In this document: positions 22,003 to 31,286 of the stretch, one piece after another
Layout of the letters: the number at the start of each line of letters is the position of its first letter
Position numbering within the stretch: the stretch's first letter is position 1
NCBI GenBank assembly: GCA_963668675.2
Contig: CAXXMB010000002.1
Location: 384,001-448,000 of the forward strand
Reading direction: 5' to 3'
Length of the DNA: 64,000 nt
DNA from: an uncultured Desulfatitalea sp.
GTDB taxonomy: Bacteria; Desulfobacterota; Desulfobacteria; Desulfobacterales; Desulfosarcinaceae
Made by a program: the position numbers and the translations under genes
Notes under the pieces: generated by a model
Databases searched by the model: none
What the model saw: the letters and a program-made list of their open reading frames with translations, nothing else
Told to the model about the DNA's origin: nothing

Positions 22003-22038
22003 GATTCTAAGTGTATTCAGTTGCGGGGTGAATCACCA

Positions 22039-23436
22039 TCACACCCGCAGTTCTCCCTGAAGGCGCACCTGATCCTCGATGACGAAGGGCATTTCGCCGG
22101 AGTTGATCAGAGCGACGCGTCCCTCCAGTTTGACATTGCTGCCGAAGTTGAAATCGCCCTTGACCTGCAGGGAGTTGCAGCCGACCAGCGAGGGAGGTCC
22201 AAAGGGAAAACGGCTTTCGAAGTCGTCGATGCGTTTGTAATACCCCATGTCCAGATCGATACTCAGCTTGTCCATGTGGCACTCCGGGTTGGGTACCACG
22301 TGATACTGATCGGTCAGGGTGTAGCAATCGGAACGCACCGCCAGCAGGTCGTTGGTGCTCTTGACCGGGGCAAAGCGGGTGCGCGGCACCCGGATGGCTC
22401 CGGCCTGGGGAAATACCGAGATGGCCGAACCCATGGCCGTTTCGATCTGAATGACGGGGGTCGAACCGGAATGACGGGGGTCGATGCTCTTTTTGTTCTT
22501 AATCATCGGCAGGGGCAACATGCCCTCGCTGCGTGCCATCACCCGCTTCAGCGTCGGCAGGTGCAGCCAGATGTTGTTGGTGTTGAAGTAGCGGTGACGT
22601 TTGATGTCCTGGAAGGCCTGCATGTCCTCGTCGGCGCACTGGGCCACCTCGCGCAACAGATAGCAGCCCGACTTGTTCTGGGCCAGGTGACCGCCCTTTT
22701 TATCCTGGGGAGTGCGATCTGCCACTTCCATCATGAATGCGAGCCTTTTTTTCACGAAGTAACCTAGTATGGCCGGATCGACCACCGCGCCCAAGTTGTC
22801 TGCATTGGAGATAAAGGCGTACTCATATCTGGCAGCCAAAAGCCGGTCGAGGATGTTGCTGGTGACCAGTGCCGCGTAGATATCTCCGTGACCAGGCGGG
22901 CACCATTCCAGGTGCGGGTTCTCCGGCCAGGTGGCCAGGCTCAGGTCCTCGGCATTCACCTTTGGGATTTTGTGCTGCAAAAAATCGTTGGGGATGTCGC
23001 TTCGCAACTCAGGGTACTGTTCGAGCACCGCCATGGTGTCCGCATGGGTCGAAAAGCTGTTCATGAAAAGCACCGGCATGCGTTCGTTCAGGAAGCTCGC
23101 CTGGCGCACGATGATATCCATAAAGGAGAGCGAAGACTTGACCCGCAACAGCGACTTAGCCCCCTTCATGCCCATGCTCGTTCCCAACCCCCCGTTTAGC
23201 TTGATGATGGCTGTGCGGGGAATATGCTGCTCCCCGATGCCGGTGTACTTCGACGGCAGCGCCTCGGCAGCGTCCATGTCGGTCACAGGAACGATGTCGC
23301 TCTCAGAAATCAGACCGGTATCGCCGTCCCACAATTTGCGATAGTAGCGGCAGAAGCTAGCGATCACCACTTCCGGAAGTTGCTCTCTGCGCATGTGACG
23401 CACGAACGAATTGATCCGTTTGCTGTACAACGACAT
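22039..23436 (-). CDS. UTP--glucose-1-phosphate uridylyltransferase, eukaryote-type (UDPGP family)
   Basis: KLNGGLGTSMG..K, WCPPGHGD, SNADNLGA, KGG, ETAMG, RFAPVK; AAGGAG RBS. Confidence 0.92.
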   Translation of the reverse strand: MSLYSKRINSFVRHMRREQLPEVVIASFCRYYRKLWDGDTGLISESDIVPVTDMDAAEALPSKYTGIGEQHIPRTAIIKLNGGLGTSMGMKGAKSLLRVKSSLSFMDIIVRQASFLNERMPVLFMNSFSTHADTMAVLEQYPELRSDIPNDFLQHKIPKVNAEDLSLATWPENPHLEWCPPGHGDIYAALVTSNILDRLLAARYEYAFISNADNLGAVVDPAILGYFVKKRLAFMMEVADRTPQDKKGGHLAQNKSGCYLLREVAQCADEDMQAFQDIKRHRYFNTNNIWLHLPTLKRVMARSEGMLPLPMIKNKKSIDPRHSGSTPVIQIETAMGSAISVFPQAGAIRVPRTRFAPVKSTNDLLAVRSDCYTLTDQYHVVPNPECHMDKLSIDLDMGYYKRIDDFESRFPFGPPSLVGCNSLQVKGDFNFGSNVKLEGRVALINSGEMPFVIEDQVRLQGELRV

Positions 23437-23478
23437 GGCATATTCTCCTTTTTTAAGTCTTCTTTGGGAGTTTCTAAT

Positions 23479-23636
23479 CATTGTCATTAACTTAAGGCTC
23501 TTCAGCTACCGATCCGGGCGGGCATAAAGCCCGCCCCTACACGGTTCGTGTATGGAAACAGAATGTGTTTCTACTCAAACGTCGTAGGGGCGGGCTTTAT
23601 GCCCGCCCGTTACATCCGCTTAAGTTGATGACATTG
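23479..23636. mobile_element. 158-bp MITE-like element, copy 2
   Basis: Terminal IRs CATTGTCATTAACTTAAG/CTTAAGTTGATGACATTG; 10-bp TSD AGTTTCTAAT/AGTATCTAAT; internal GTAGGGGCGGGCTTTATGCCCGCCC inverted pair. Confidence 0.8.
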
Positions 23637-23940
23637 AGTATCTAATCAAGAGTTGTGCCAACACTGTTTTGAGGCGAGAATAGCATTCAAAGCAGGGGGT
23701 GCCTATGGCCCCGGTGCAGCGGTGCGAAGTATGGTGTGGGAAGCCGTTTGGCACTCTTTCGGTGGAATTGAGGAGGAGCCTACCAAAGCGTCAATTCGAT
23801 ACTTTTTTGTCATTTGTTGTATTCAGTACTACATTTTTGTAAATTTTTATACCATATGGGCGGCAGCATAAAACCATGGACTTCCCTGTTGTTTCCTGCC
23901 AAAACACCACCTAAAATTTTAATTGGATCGGTGAGCGTAT

Positions 23941-25149
23941 ATGGCTATGAATGCAAAAAACAGGGGGCCGGGTTTCATTGAATTTATTCTGCTGATGGCG
24001 GCACTCATGTCTATGACGGCGCTATCCATCGACACCATGCTTCCGGCGTTGCCGGACATCGGCAAAGATCTTGGGGTGGCGCACGCCAATGACGTTCAAC
24101 TCGTCATTTCAACACTCATTCTGGGCTTGAGCCTGGGACAGCTTGCTTTCGGTCCTCTATCGGACAGTGCGGGACGCAAACCGGCGCTCATCGCCGGTGC
24201 GCTCCTTTTTATCGTCGGCTGTGTGTTGTGTCTGATCAGCAACCGATTTGGGGTCATGCTGATCGGGCGGGTGATCCAGGGCATCGGCGTAGCCGGGCCG
24301 CGCTCGGTGGTGGTGGCGTTGATCCGGGACCGCTTCGAAGGACGCACCATGGCCAAAGCGATGTCGAGTATCATGTCGATCTTTATCGTGATCCCGGCCA
24401 TTGCACCCTCATTTGGACAGGGAATTCTGATGGTGGCCGACTGGCGCTCGATCTTCGGCACGCTCCTGGGCATGGCGGTGCTGGTCACGGTCTGGTTTGG
24501 TTGGCGACAGCCGGAAACATTGATGCCCGCCGATCGGATCCCCTTTTCCGCCAAACGCATTGCCCGGGCGTTCGGGGAGGTGTGCCGTAACCGGGTGGCG
24601 CTGGGCTACACCCTGGTGGCCGGGCTGATCATGGGTTCGTTTTTCGCCTACCTCAACTCCGCTCAGCAGATTTTTCAGGAGATATACAGGCTTGGGAACC
24701 GTTTTCCGATCTATTTCGGCGTACTGGCCCTTTCGCTGGGGTGCGCCTCTTTTCTCAACGCACGCATCGTCATGCGCTTTGGCACACGTAAAATTACGCG
24801 GGGGGCACTAAAGACACTGGTCGTGCTTTCGATGGTCCACCTGGCGGTGCTTTACTGGACTGGTGGTTACTCGCCATTGTGGGTGATGATGCTCTGCCTG
24901 ATGGTGACCTTTTTCTGTATTGGCTTTCTGTTCGGCAACCTCAATGCCATTGCCATGAAGCCCATGGGGCACATTGCCGGAACCGCGTCGGCCGTGGTGG
25001 GATCGCTCTCCGCCTTTATGGCTGTGCCCTTGGCCGCGTTCATCGGCAGATGCTACAACGGAACCATACTGCCGATGATCGGCGGGTTTGCCGTTCTGAG
25101 CCTGCTGTCACTGATCGTTATCCATTGGGCGGACAAATCAAAAACGTGA
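23941..25149 (+). CDS. Bcr/CflA family MFS multidrug efflux transporter
   Basis: SIDTMLPALP, GPLSDSAGRKP, GRVIQG; ~12 TM segments. Confidence 0.9.
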   Translation: MAMNAKNRGPGFIEFILLMAALMSMTALSIDTMLPALPDIGKDLGVAHANDVQLVISTLILGLSLGQLAFGPLSDSAGRKPALIAGALLFIVGCVLCLISNRFGVMLIGRVIQGIGVAGPRSVVVALIRDRFEGRTMAKAMSSIMSIFIVIPAIAPSFGQGILMVADWRSIFGTLLGMAVLVTVWFGWRQPETLMPADRIPFSAKRIARAFGEVCRNRVALGYTLVAGLIMGSFFAYLNSAQQIFQEIYRLGNRFPIYFGVLALSLGCASFLNARIVMRFGTRKITRGALKTLVVLSMVHLAVLYWTGGYSPLWVMMLCLMVTFFCIGFLFGNLNAIAMKPMGHIAGTASAVVGSLSAFMAVPLAAFIGRCYNGTILPMIGGFAVLSLLSLIVIHWADKSKT

Positions 25150-25333
25150 GTTGACGCGTCAACTGACCACCTGCAGCGAATAATTATTCTATCTTCACCG
25201 TTTCTTTATACGATCTTTATCAACAGGGGTTATCCTGCAGCTCCTGCCACGTAGGGGCAGCAAGAGCACCGGGTTGACACCCGGCACGGGCGTCTCAATC
25301 TTTTAGAGACCGGTGCTGCAGAAAGGGGTAGCC

Positions 25334-26137
25334 ATGAACCATTTTGCGCTTTTGATTCTCGTTCCTTTGGCCTTGTTGAACGCCACCACAGCGGGAAAGG
25401 CAGAGACACTAAAAATGAGCGGCGGCCCGACGTGTGCCTTGCCACAAAAGGAGAGTGCCATGCTAGTGAATGACGTTATAACCACCGAGGATGCGACCAT
25501 ACCGCCCATCGACCGGGCGGCCCCCGATACATTCGAAACCGCTGCCTTCGGCCTGGGCTGATTCTGGGGTGTTGAAGCCCAGTTCGGGCTGATCGATGGC
25601 ATCATCCGCACCCGTGTAGGCTACGCCGGCGGCACCACCCCCAGCCCCGATTATGGCCACATTGGCGATCACACCGAGACCGTGCAGGTCGACTATGATC
25701 CGAAGCGCATCTCCTATGCGGAGCTTCTGGCCATCTTCTGGAAAAGTCATAACCCCACCAGCCGAACATGGCTGCGTCAGTATCGTAATGCGGTTTTTTA
25801 TCACGATGACGATCAGCGTCGTCAGGCATTGGAGAGCAAGGCGGCACTGGAAGAAAAACTCGGGGAAAAAGTACACAGTGAAATCGTTCCTTTGAAAAGC
25901 TTCACCTGGGCCGAGGCGTACCACCAGAAATACCTGCTGAAATCCAAACACGAACTGGTACGCGAGATGAAGCGGATCTATCCGCATCAAAGGAATTTCG
26001 ACAACTCCACCGCCGTGGCAAGACTCAATGGCTACGCGGGCGGCAACGGCAGCCGTCGACAGCTCAGCAGGGAAATCGATCAACTTGGTTTGAACGAACG
26101 GGGCCAAGAACGCCTGATGCACCTGGTCCGCCCTTGA
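25334..26137 (+). CDS. msrA: Selenocysteine-containing peptide-methionine (S)-S-oxide reductase with signal peptide
   Basis: In-frame TGA 25559-25561 in GLG-U-FWGVE (GCFWG motif); continues RVGYAGG, DHTE, AEAYHQKY; SECIS-like hairpin follows. Confidence 0.92.
25571..25597 (+). promoter_or_regulatory. SECIS element of msrA
   Basis: AGCCC-AGTTC-GGGCT stem-loop; loop starts 19 nt after UGA with G at position 2. Confidence 0.75.
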
Positions 26138-26238
26138 GAGTGCTGCCCCAGTGCCTTCAGCAGCAATTATCTTACTTCAATTCGACGACTTAAGTTGATA
26201 TCGCCCAGGTATTCATAAGCGAGACAAAAGGAGCTGCT

Positions 26239-27132
26239 ATGCAAGACAAACAAACCATCGGATTCATCGGAACCGGAATGCTCGGCGCCCCCATGGTCGA
26301 AAACCTGTTGACCGACGGCTTCCAGCTGCGGATCTACAACCGCGACAAGGGCAAGTGCGCATCGCTGATCAGCGCCGGTGCCCTGGCGGTTGAACAGCCC
26401 TGGGAGGTGGCCGAACCGGCCGGCCTGGTGCTCAGCTGCGTCTCCGACGACCCGGCCCTCGAAGCAGTGGTGGGACCGGAGGCAGAGTTGGCTCAGCGTC
26501 TGGGCTCGGGCGGCGTCCATGTCTCCATGAGCACCATCCTGCCGCGCACGGCCACGCGACTTGCTTTACAGCAAAACGGCTTTAACGGATATTATGTGGC
26601 CGCACCGGTCATGGGTCGACCCGATGCCGTGCGGGCACGCAAACAAACGTACTTCGTCGCCGGCCGGCCCGAGGGAAAGGCGCGCGCAGTTCCCGTGCTG
26701 GAGCGCCTCGGCCTGCGCGTCTACGACTTCGGCGAAGAGCCGGCCCAGGCCAATGTGGCCAAACTGGGCGCCAACTTTCTCATCGCCGCCGCCATCGAAA
26801 GCATGGCCGAAGCCGCCACCTTCGTGAGCAAAAACGGAGGTGATCCCAACATCATGATGAACGCCCTGGCCCAGACGATCTTTGCCTGCCCGGTCTACCA
26901 GAATTACGGACGCCAGATCCTGGAAGGGAAGTTTAGCCCGCCCCTCTTCAAACTCCCCCTGGGCCTCAAAGATGTCCGTCTGATCAAGACCACCGCCGCC
27001 GAAGCGACCGTCCCCATGCGATTTGGCGAAGTGCTTGAGAGCCGTTTCCTGTCCGCCATGGCCCACGGCCGCAGCGAACAGGACTGGACCGCCATCGCCG
27101 CCGAAGTGCGCGCCGAAGCAGGCTTGGCGTGA
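26239..27132 (+). CDS. NAD(P)-dependent beta-hydroxyacid dehydrogenase family oxidoreductase
   Basis: GFIGTGMLG, AAPVMG, AKLGAN, LGLKDV. Confidence 0.88.
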   Translation: MQDKQTIGFIGTGMLGAPMVENLLTDGFQLRIYNRDKGKCASLISAGALAVEQPWEVAEPAGLVLSCVSDDPALEAVVGPEAELAQRLGSGGVHVSMSTILPRTATRLALQQNGFNGYYVAAPVMGRPDAVRARKQTYFVAGRPEGKARAVPVLERLGLRVYDFGEEPAQANVAKLGANFLIAAAIESMAEAATFVSKNGGDPNIMMNALAQTIFACPVYQNYGRQILEGKFSPPLFKLPLGLKDVRLIKTTAAEATVPMRFGEVLESRFLSAMAHGRSEQDWTAIAAEVRAEAGLA

Positions 27133-27245
27133 TGGCATCGCCATCGGGTGATCTTCAGCCCTTGACCTTACGTGCTTCGCTCTATAACAAAGGTGTTTTA
27201 CTTGGGCCCGAGCCCATAAGCTGAAGTACAGGTGGGAGGAACGCG

Positions 27246-27998
27246 ATGCCGGAAACCGCTTCAAAAATAAGGATCCAGGGCGCACAGGCCCCGATTACAG
27301 TCATTGGCTGCGGCGCCCGGTGGATCGTTGTGGAGAAGCCCTGCGGCATAAGCATCCACAACGATCCGGGCAGTGACCTCTGCTCCCTGGTCCTGGCCGC
27401 TTTGCACAGTGGGCGCCTGACCGGGCCAAGTCGTGAAATCAGCGCCCTGCATGCCGCCCATCGCCTTGACAGGGACACCAGCGGCATCGTGCTCCTGGCA
27501 GGCGATTCCGAAACTTTGGCCTTCTTCGGCCGACAGTTCACCGAAAAAGCTGTCAGCAAAAGGTACCTGGCTGTGGTCCATGGCTGCATTGAGGTGGTGG
27601 CTGCAAACGAGGAGTGGACAGACTGGACCTGGCCCCTGACCAGAGCGGCCGCCGGACGAAATGACCCCATGGGAAGAGGCGATCGGATGCCCTGCGACAC
27701 ACGCGTCCGACTCATGTCCCACAGCTCGCACTACTCCCTGATCGAGTGCGAACCGCTCACCGGCCGCAAACACCAGATACGAAGGCATGCCAAATTGGCA
27801 GGTCATCCGGTCGTGGGAGACCGCCGCTACGGGTCGGCCCGATCACTGGCCTATCTGCGCCAGCACCACAATTTCCAGCGGCTCGGGCTCCATGCCCATG
27901 CCCTGGCCATCCGCCTTCCAGGCGAAGACAAAATCACCGCTTTTGAATCCAACGGACTGCCCGAACAACTGCGTCAGCTGTTTGAATCGGATCGATGA
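27246..27998 (+). CDS. RluA family pseudouridine synthase
   Basis: KPCG, HRLDRDTSG, TGRKHQIR, HPVVGD, LHA. Confidence 0.92.
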   Translation: MPETASKIRIQGAQAPITVIGCGARWIVVEKPCGISIHNDPGSDLCSLVLAALHSGRLTGPSREISALHAAHRLDRDTSGIVLLAGDSETLAFFGRQFTEKAVSKRYLAVVHGCIEVVAANEEWTDWTWPLTRAAAGRNDPMGRGDRMPCDTRVRLMSHSSHYSLIECEPLTGRKHQIRRHAKLAGHPVVGDRRYGSARSLAYLRQHHNFQRLGLHAHALAIRLPGEDKITAFESNGLPEQLRQLFESDR

Positions 27999-28212
27999 TA
28001 GGGAAAAAACGAGAAAATCTCTAAACCTCAAGCAACGGTTGTCTTCGGAGATGGCTTCAAATAACCTTCAATACATTGATCACTTGACACCCCCCCCTTG
28101 CCGGGCCTAATTTGCCCGCAAGAGAAATCACCTTTTTCCAGACACTGAACCCATTTACCCATGCAGCTTGGGGCCCGAACCGATGCCCCAGGCGCCAATC
28201 AGAGGTTTCGAC

Positions 28213-28782
28213 ATGAGAAAAATCACCATAGGCCCCCAAACCCTCATCTATCCCATGCCCGCGTTTCTCATCGGGGCCAACGTGGCCGGCAAGGCCAACT
28301 TCATGACCGCCGCCTGGAGCGGCATCGCCAACAGCAACCCGCCAATGGTCACCGTGGCCTTTCAGCACCACCGCCACACCTACAAGGGCGTAAAAGAGAA
28401 CGGCACCTTCTCCATCAACGTGCCCACCGAAGAGCAGGTCAAAGAGACCGACTACTGCGGCATCGTCTCGGGCACTAAACAGGACAAAACCGGCGACTGC
28501 GGCTTCACCGTATTCTACGGCCAATTGAAAACCGCTCCCCTCATCGAACAGTGCCCGGTCAACCTGGAGTGCAAAGTGGTCCACATCCTCAACCTGGGCA
28601 GCCACGCCCTGGTCGTGGGCCAGATCGAAGAGACCCACATCTCCGAGAGCTGTGCCACCGACGGGCTGCCCGACGCCGAAAAGGTCAAGCCGATCATTTA
28701 CAGCGCCGGCGCAAAAAAGCAGTATCACGGTTTGGGTCAGCCGTTGGCCAAAGCGTTCAGCGTGGGCAAGGATCTCAAGTAG
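28213..28782 (+). CDS. Flavin reductase family protein
   Basis: YPMPAFLIG, FSINVP, DYCGIVSG, APLIEQCPVNLEC. Confidence 0.88.
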   Translation: MRKITIGPQTLIYPMPAFLIGANVAGKANFMTAAWSGIANSNPPMVTVAFQHHRHTYKGVKENGTFSINVPTEEQVKETDYCGIVSGTKQDKTGDCGFTVFYGQLKTAPLIEQCPVNLECKVVHILNLGSHALVVGQIEETHISESCATDGLPDAEKVKPIIYSAGAKKQYHGLGQPLAKAFSVGKDLK

Positions 28783-28880
28783 TGTCTCCAAGGCAATCCA
28801 TTTTACGGCATGCATCGCCCCTCAGTTCGTTGACCTGAAAAAACTGAATTGATCCATTTGAAAAAGCAGGAGAAAAACCA

Positions 28881-28979
28881 ATGTCAAAAGCAAGAGACAC
28901 CCAAAAGTCGGATAAGAAAAAACCCCAGAAAACAGCCAAGGAGAAGAAACAGGAAAAGCGGGAGAAAAAGAAAAAATAG
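28881..28979 (+). CDS. Small basic protein, 32 aa (MSKARDTQKSDKKKPQKTAKEKKQEKREKKKK)
   Basis: AGGAG RBS 8 nt upstream of ATG; below the ORF-track size cutoff. Confidence 0.6.
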   Translation: MSKARDTQKSDKKKPQKTAKEKKQEKREKKKK

Positions 28980-29005
28980 CGGGTTATTAACCCGGCAATT
29001 AATTA

Positions 29006-30678
29006 GGGCTTCCTGAATAATCCGTGACCCCAACGTTGCTCTGTGCCCAATGCCCGATTAGATACACGTAGTCGCAAATTTGTCCGATCTTAACTGTATC
29101 TGCGGGCTTTGAATGCGACTGTTATCGTCAAAACTGAACCTATGGAGAAGTAAAAGGAAACAAAAAAGAAGGCTATTGAGCCACTTCTCTAAATTCATCA
29201 CCAAAAATACTACAGCTATGGCAGTCTCAGATGTGCTGTCCAGCTTGCTCATGATCTTTGACAAACTGAATCGACGCTTTCCCTGTCCAAATTTTCCTTC
29301 AATGGGGATACGATCAAGTTCATCCTGCCGGGCCTGCTTCTGTATCGCTTTGCGGACTTCGGTATCGGAAGGTGGCCGCCCCAGTGCAGGGCCGGATAAC
29401 CGGATGCCGTGCTTTTTACAGAACTTGATGTTGTCCCTGTTGCGATAGATCTTGTCGGCATGAATTGAGGCGGGATAACAACCAAAGCGGTCTTTGTATG
29501 CTTGCGCCTGTTTGATTAAATCAGCCGACTCGTTATATGCATCCCAGTTCAATCGGTCCAAAAAGCAGTATCCGTCAACCGCGCTGACTGATATCTTGGC
29601 TCCAAATTCCGTAGCAGCTCCTGCCTTGCCACGTTTAATGGGCCGAACATGCGGTTGGTAGATGTTGACAATACGATCATCGATTCTTTTGACCTTCTGA
29701 TCATACATCCACTTTTGCTGGCGATACACTTCATTGATGACCAACAACAGCTTGTACATGCGCTTTTTAAGCATCAACAACGATGAAATCTGCGATAACT
29801 TGTCGATCGTTTTAAGATTACGCCTCAGATAGCCCAGTTGTTGACGTATGGCCTTGCGCATTTTGCTCTTCGGCACCTTCTTGCTTTTTGCAATGGCAAG
29901 AAACTGTTTTCGTGCTTTTTTGCGATAGGTGCGCGGTTTTTTAAGTTTGCCTCTGTGGGGTCGGTGCAAAACATCAATAATTTTTTCGCTTTTTTCTCTG
30001 GCCTCATTGAGTATTTTCAGATCGGTAGGGAAAGTAATGTCGGCCGGTGTGCAGGTCGCATCAATCAACAATTTACCACTGTTTGGCTTTTTCCCATCAG
30101 CGCCACCGCCACTGTTGTCTTTACCGTCATCTTTCGCATTTTTTTTGACCGATCTTGCTTTGTGATTCACAGTTTCGATGATCTGGCAAATGGCTTTCTT
30201 GCCGAAACGCTTTCTAAAATGAACAAACATTGTGGAGTGAAATGGTTCTTCATCACGATAGTCCGTAAAGCCTAAAAAGTATTGCAGGTAAGGGTTTTCG
30301 CGAATCTGCTCGACGGTCTCTTCATCTGAGGTGCCAAGCTTTTCCTTTATGATCAACGCACCCAATGCAATACGTACCGACATCGCCGGTGGCCCTAATC
30401 CGGAACCTGACAGCTTCTTTGCATAGGCCTCTTCAAATTCTTCCCAGGGAATAAATTTGGCCAGTTTTACCCATCGATTATCACTTCGTAATTTTCCATC
30501 AAAAGGAAGGTTGAAATTTTCAAATTCCAGTTGCTTCAGATTGTGTTTGTACATGGTTTTCCCGGGCAAAAAGTGCAAGGTTATTTGTGGTTTTCGGTGA
30601 GTTCTCGATCACTTTTTGTCCTGTTTATAACATATTTTTGTTGCGTTTACAATACCTTACACTTAATTCAGGAAGCCC
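29006..30678 (-). mobile_element. IS5 family insertion sequence (1673 bp)
   Basis: IRs GGGCTTCCTGAAT/ATTCAGGAAGCCC; TAATTA on both flanks. Confidence 0.9.
29058..30554 (-). CDS. IS5 family transposase
   Basis: ENPYLQYFLG, IDAT, ADKIY, R.PIEGKFG.GKR (DDE). Confidence 0.93.
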   Translation of the reverse strand: MYKHNLKQLEFENFNLPFDGKLRSDNRWVKLAKFIPWEEFEEAYAKKLSGSGLGPPAMSVRIALGALIIKEKLGTSDEETVEQIRENPYLQYFLGFTDYRDEEPFHSTMFVHFRKRFGKKAICQIIETVNHKARSVKKNAKDDGKDNSGGGADGKKPNSGKLLIDATCTPADITFPTDLKILNEAREKSEKIIDVLHRPHRGKLKKPRTYRKKARKQFLAIAKSKKVPKSKMRKAIRQQLGYLRRNLKTIDKLSQISSLLMLKKRMYKLLLVINEVYRQQKWMYDQKVKRIDDRIVNIYQPHVRPIKRGKAGAATEFGAKISVSAVDGYCFLDRLNWDAYNESADLIKQAQAYKDRFGCYPASIHADKIYRNRDNIKFCKKHGIRLSGPALGRPPSDTEVRKAIQKQARQDELDRIPIEGKFGQGKRRFSLSKIMSKLDSTSETAIAVVFLVMNLEKWLNSLLFCFLLLLHRFSFDDNSRIQSPQIQLRSDKFATTCI

Positions 30679-30769
30679 TAATTACCTTAGCAATCGTCAT
30701 TCCGGACTTGATCCGGAATGACAAAGGTTGGCCTATTTAATTGCCGGTTTAATAATGATGGCGCGACAT

Positions 30770-31270
30770 TTACTGTTTTGAGAAGTGTTCGGCGCTTTGA
30801 TCTGCCCTTAATGCTTCTCTGGACGCTCGGTCCACAAGCGAAAAAAGCTGATCAACCGAATTTTTTTGATTCGACGGCAAGTGCCCGCGCATCTTTACAA
30901 AAACACAGTTCAGCCGATCCATTACGCGATAAAACTCTTGATACAGCAGATAATGATTGATTCGCCGGTTTCTCTTCGAGTGATAACCGCTCTCTTCATG
31001 CCGCACTCGCCTCTTCTTCAACGTCATGATGTTTTGAGAATCGGTATAAACCATCACCTTTCCTCCAAAGGGCTGTATCTCATTTAACGCCCACAACAGT
31101 GTCTGCAATTCCAGCTTTGTCGAAGAGGTGTGCTCAAACCGCCTTACCTTCACACGCAACCGCAAAGCATCCAGTGAAACCCCACCATCAAAGACCGCCA
31201 GATAGGCGCCATAACCGATCTTTGTCTGTACATTCACGCTGCCATCCGTAAACAACTGCATTTCACCCAT
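30770..31270 (-). CDS. Ribonuclease HI family protein
   Basis: LFTDGS, LELQ, VYTDSQ, RGH..VD. Confidence 0.85.
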   Translation of the reverse strand: MGEMQLFTDGSVNVQTKIGYGAYLAVFDGGVSLDALRLRVKVRRFEHTSSTKLELQTLLWALNEIQPFGGKVMVYTDSQNIMTLKKRRVRHEESGYHSKRNRRINHYLLYQEFYRVMDRLNCVFVKMRGHLPSNQKNSVDQLFSLVDRASREALRADQSAEHFSKQ

Positions 31271-31286
31271 AAACTTGCTTCGTCCC

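Noticed and set aside
21838..22767. 309-aa plus-strand ORF
   Set aside because: Antisense to UGPase and runs through a REP
25313..26137. msrA, prxU and yeeE as nonsense pseudogenes
   Set aside because: Each TGA falls on the conserved Cys position and is followed by a SECIS-like hairpin
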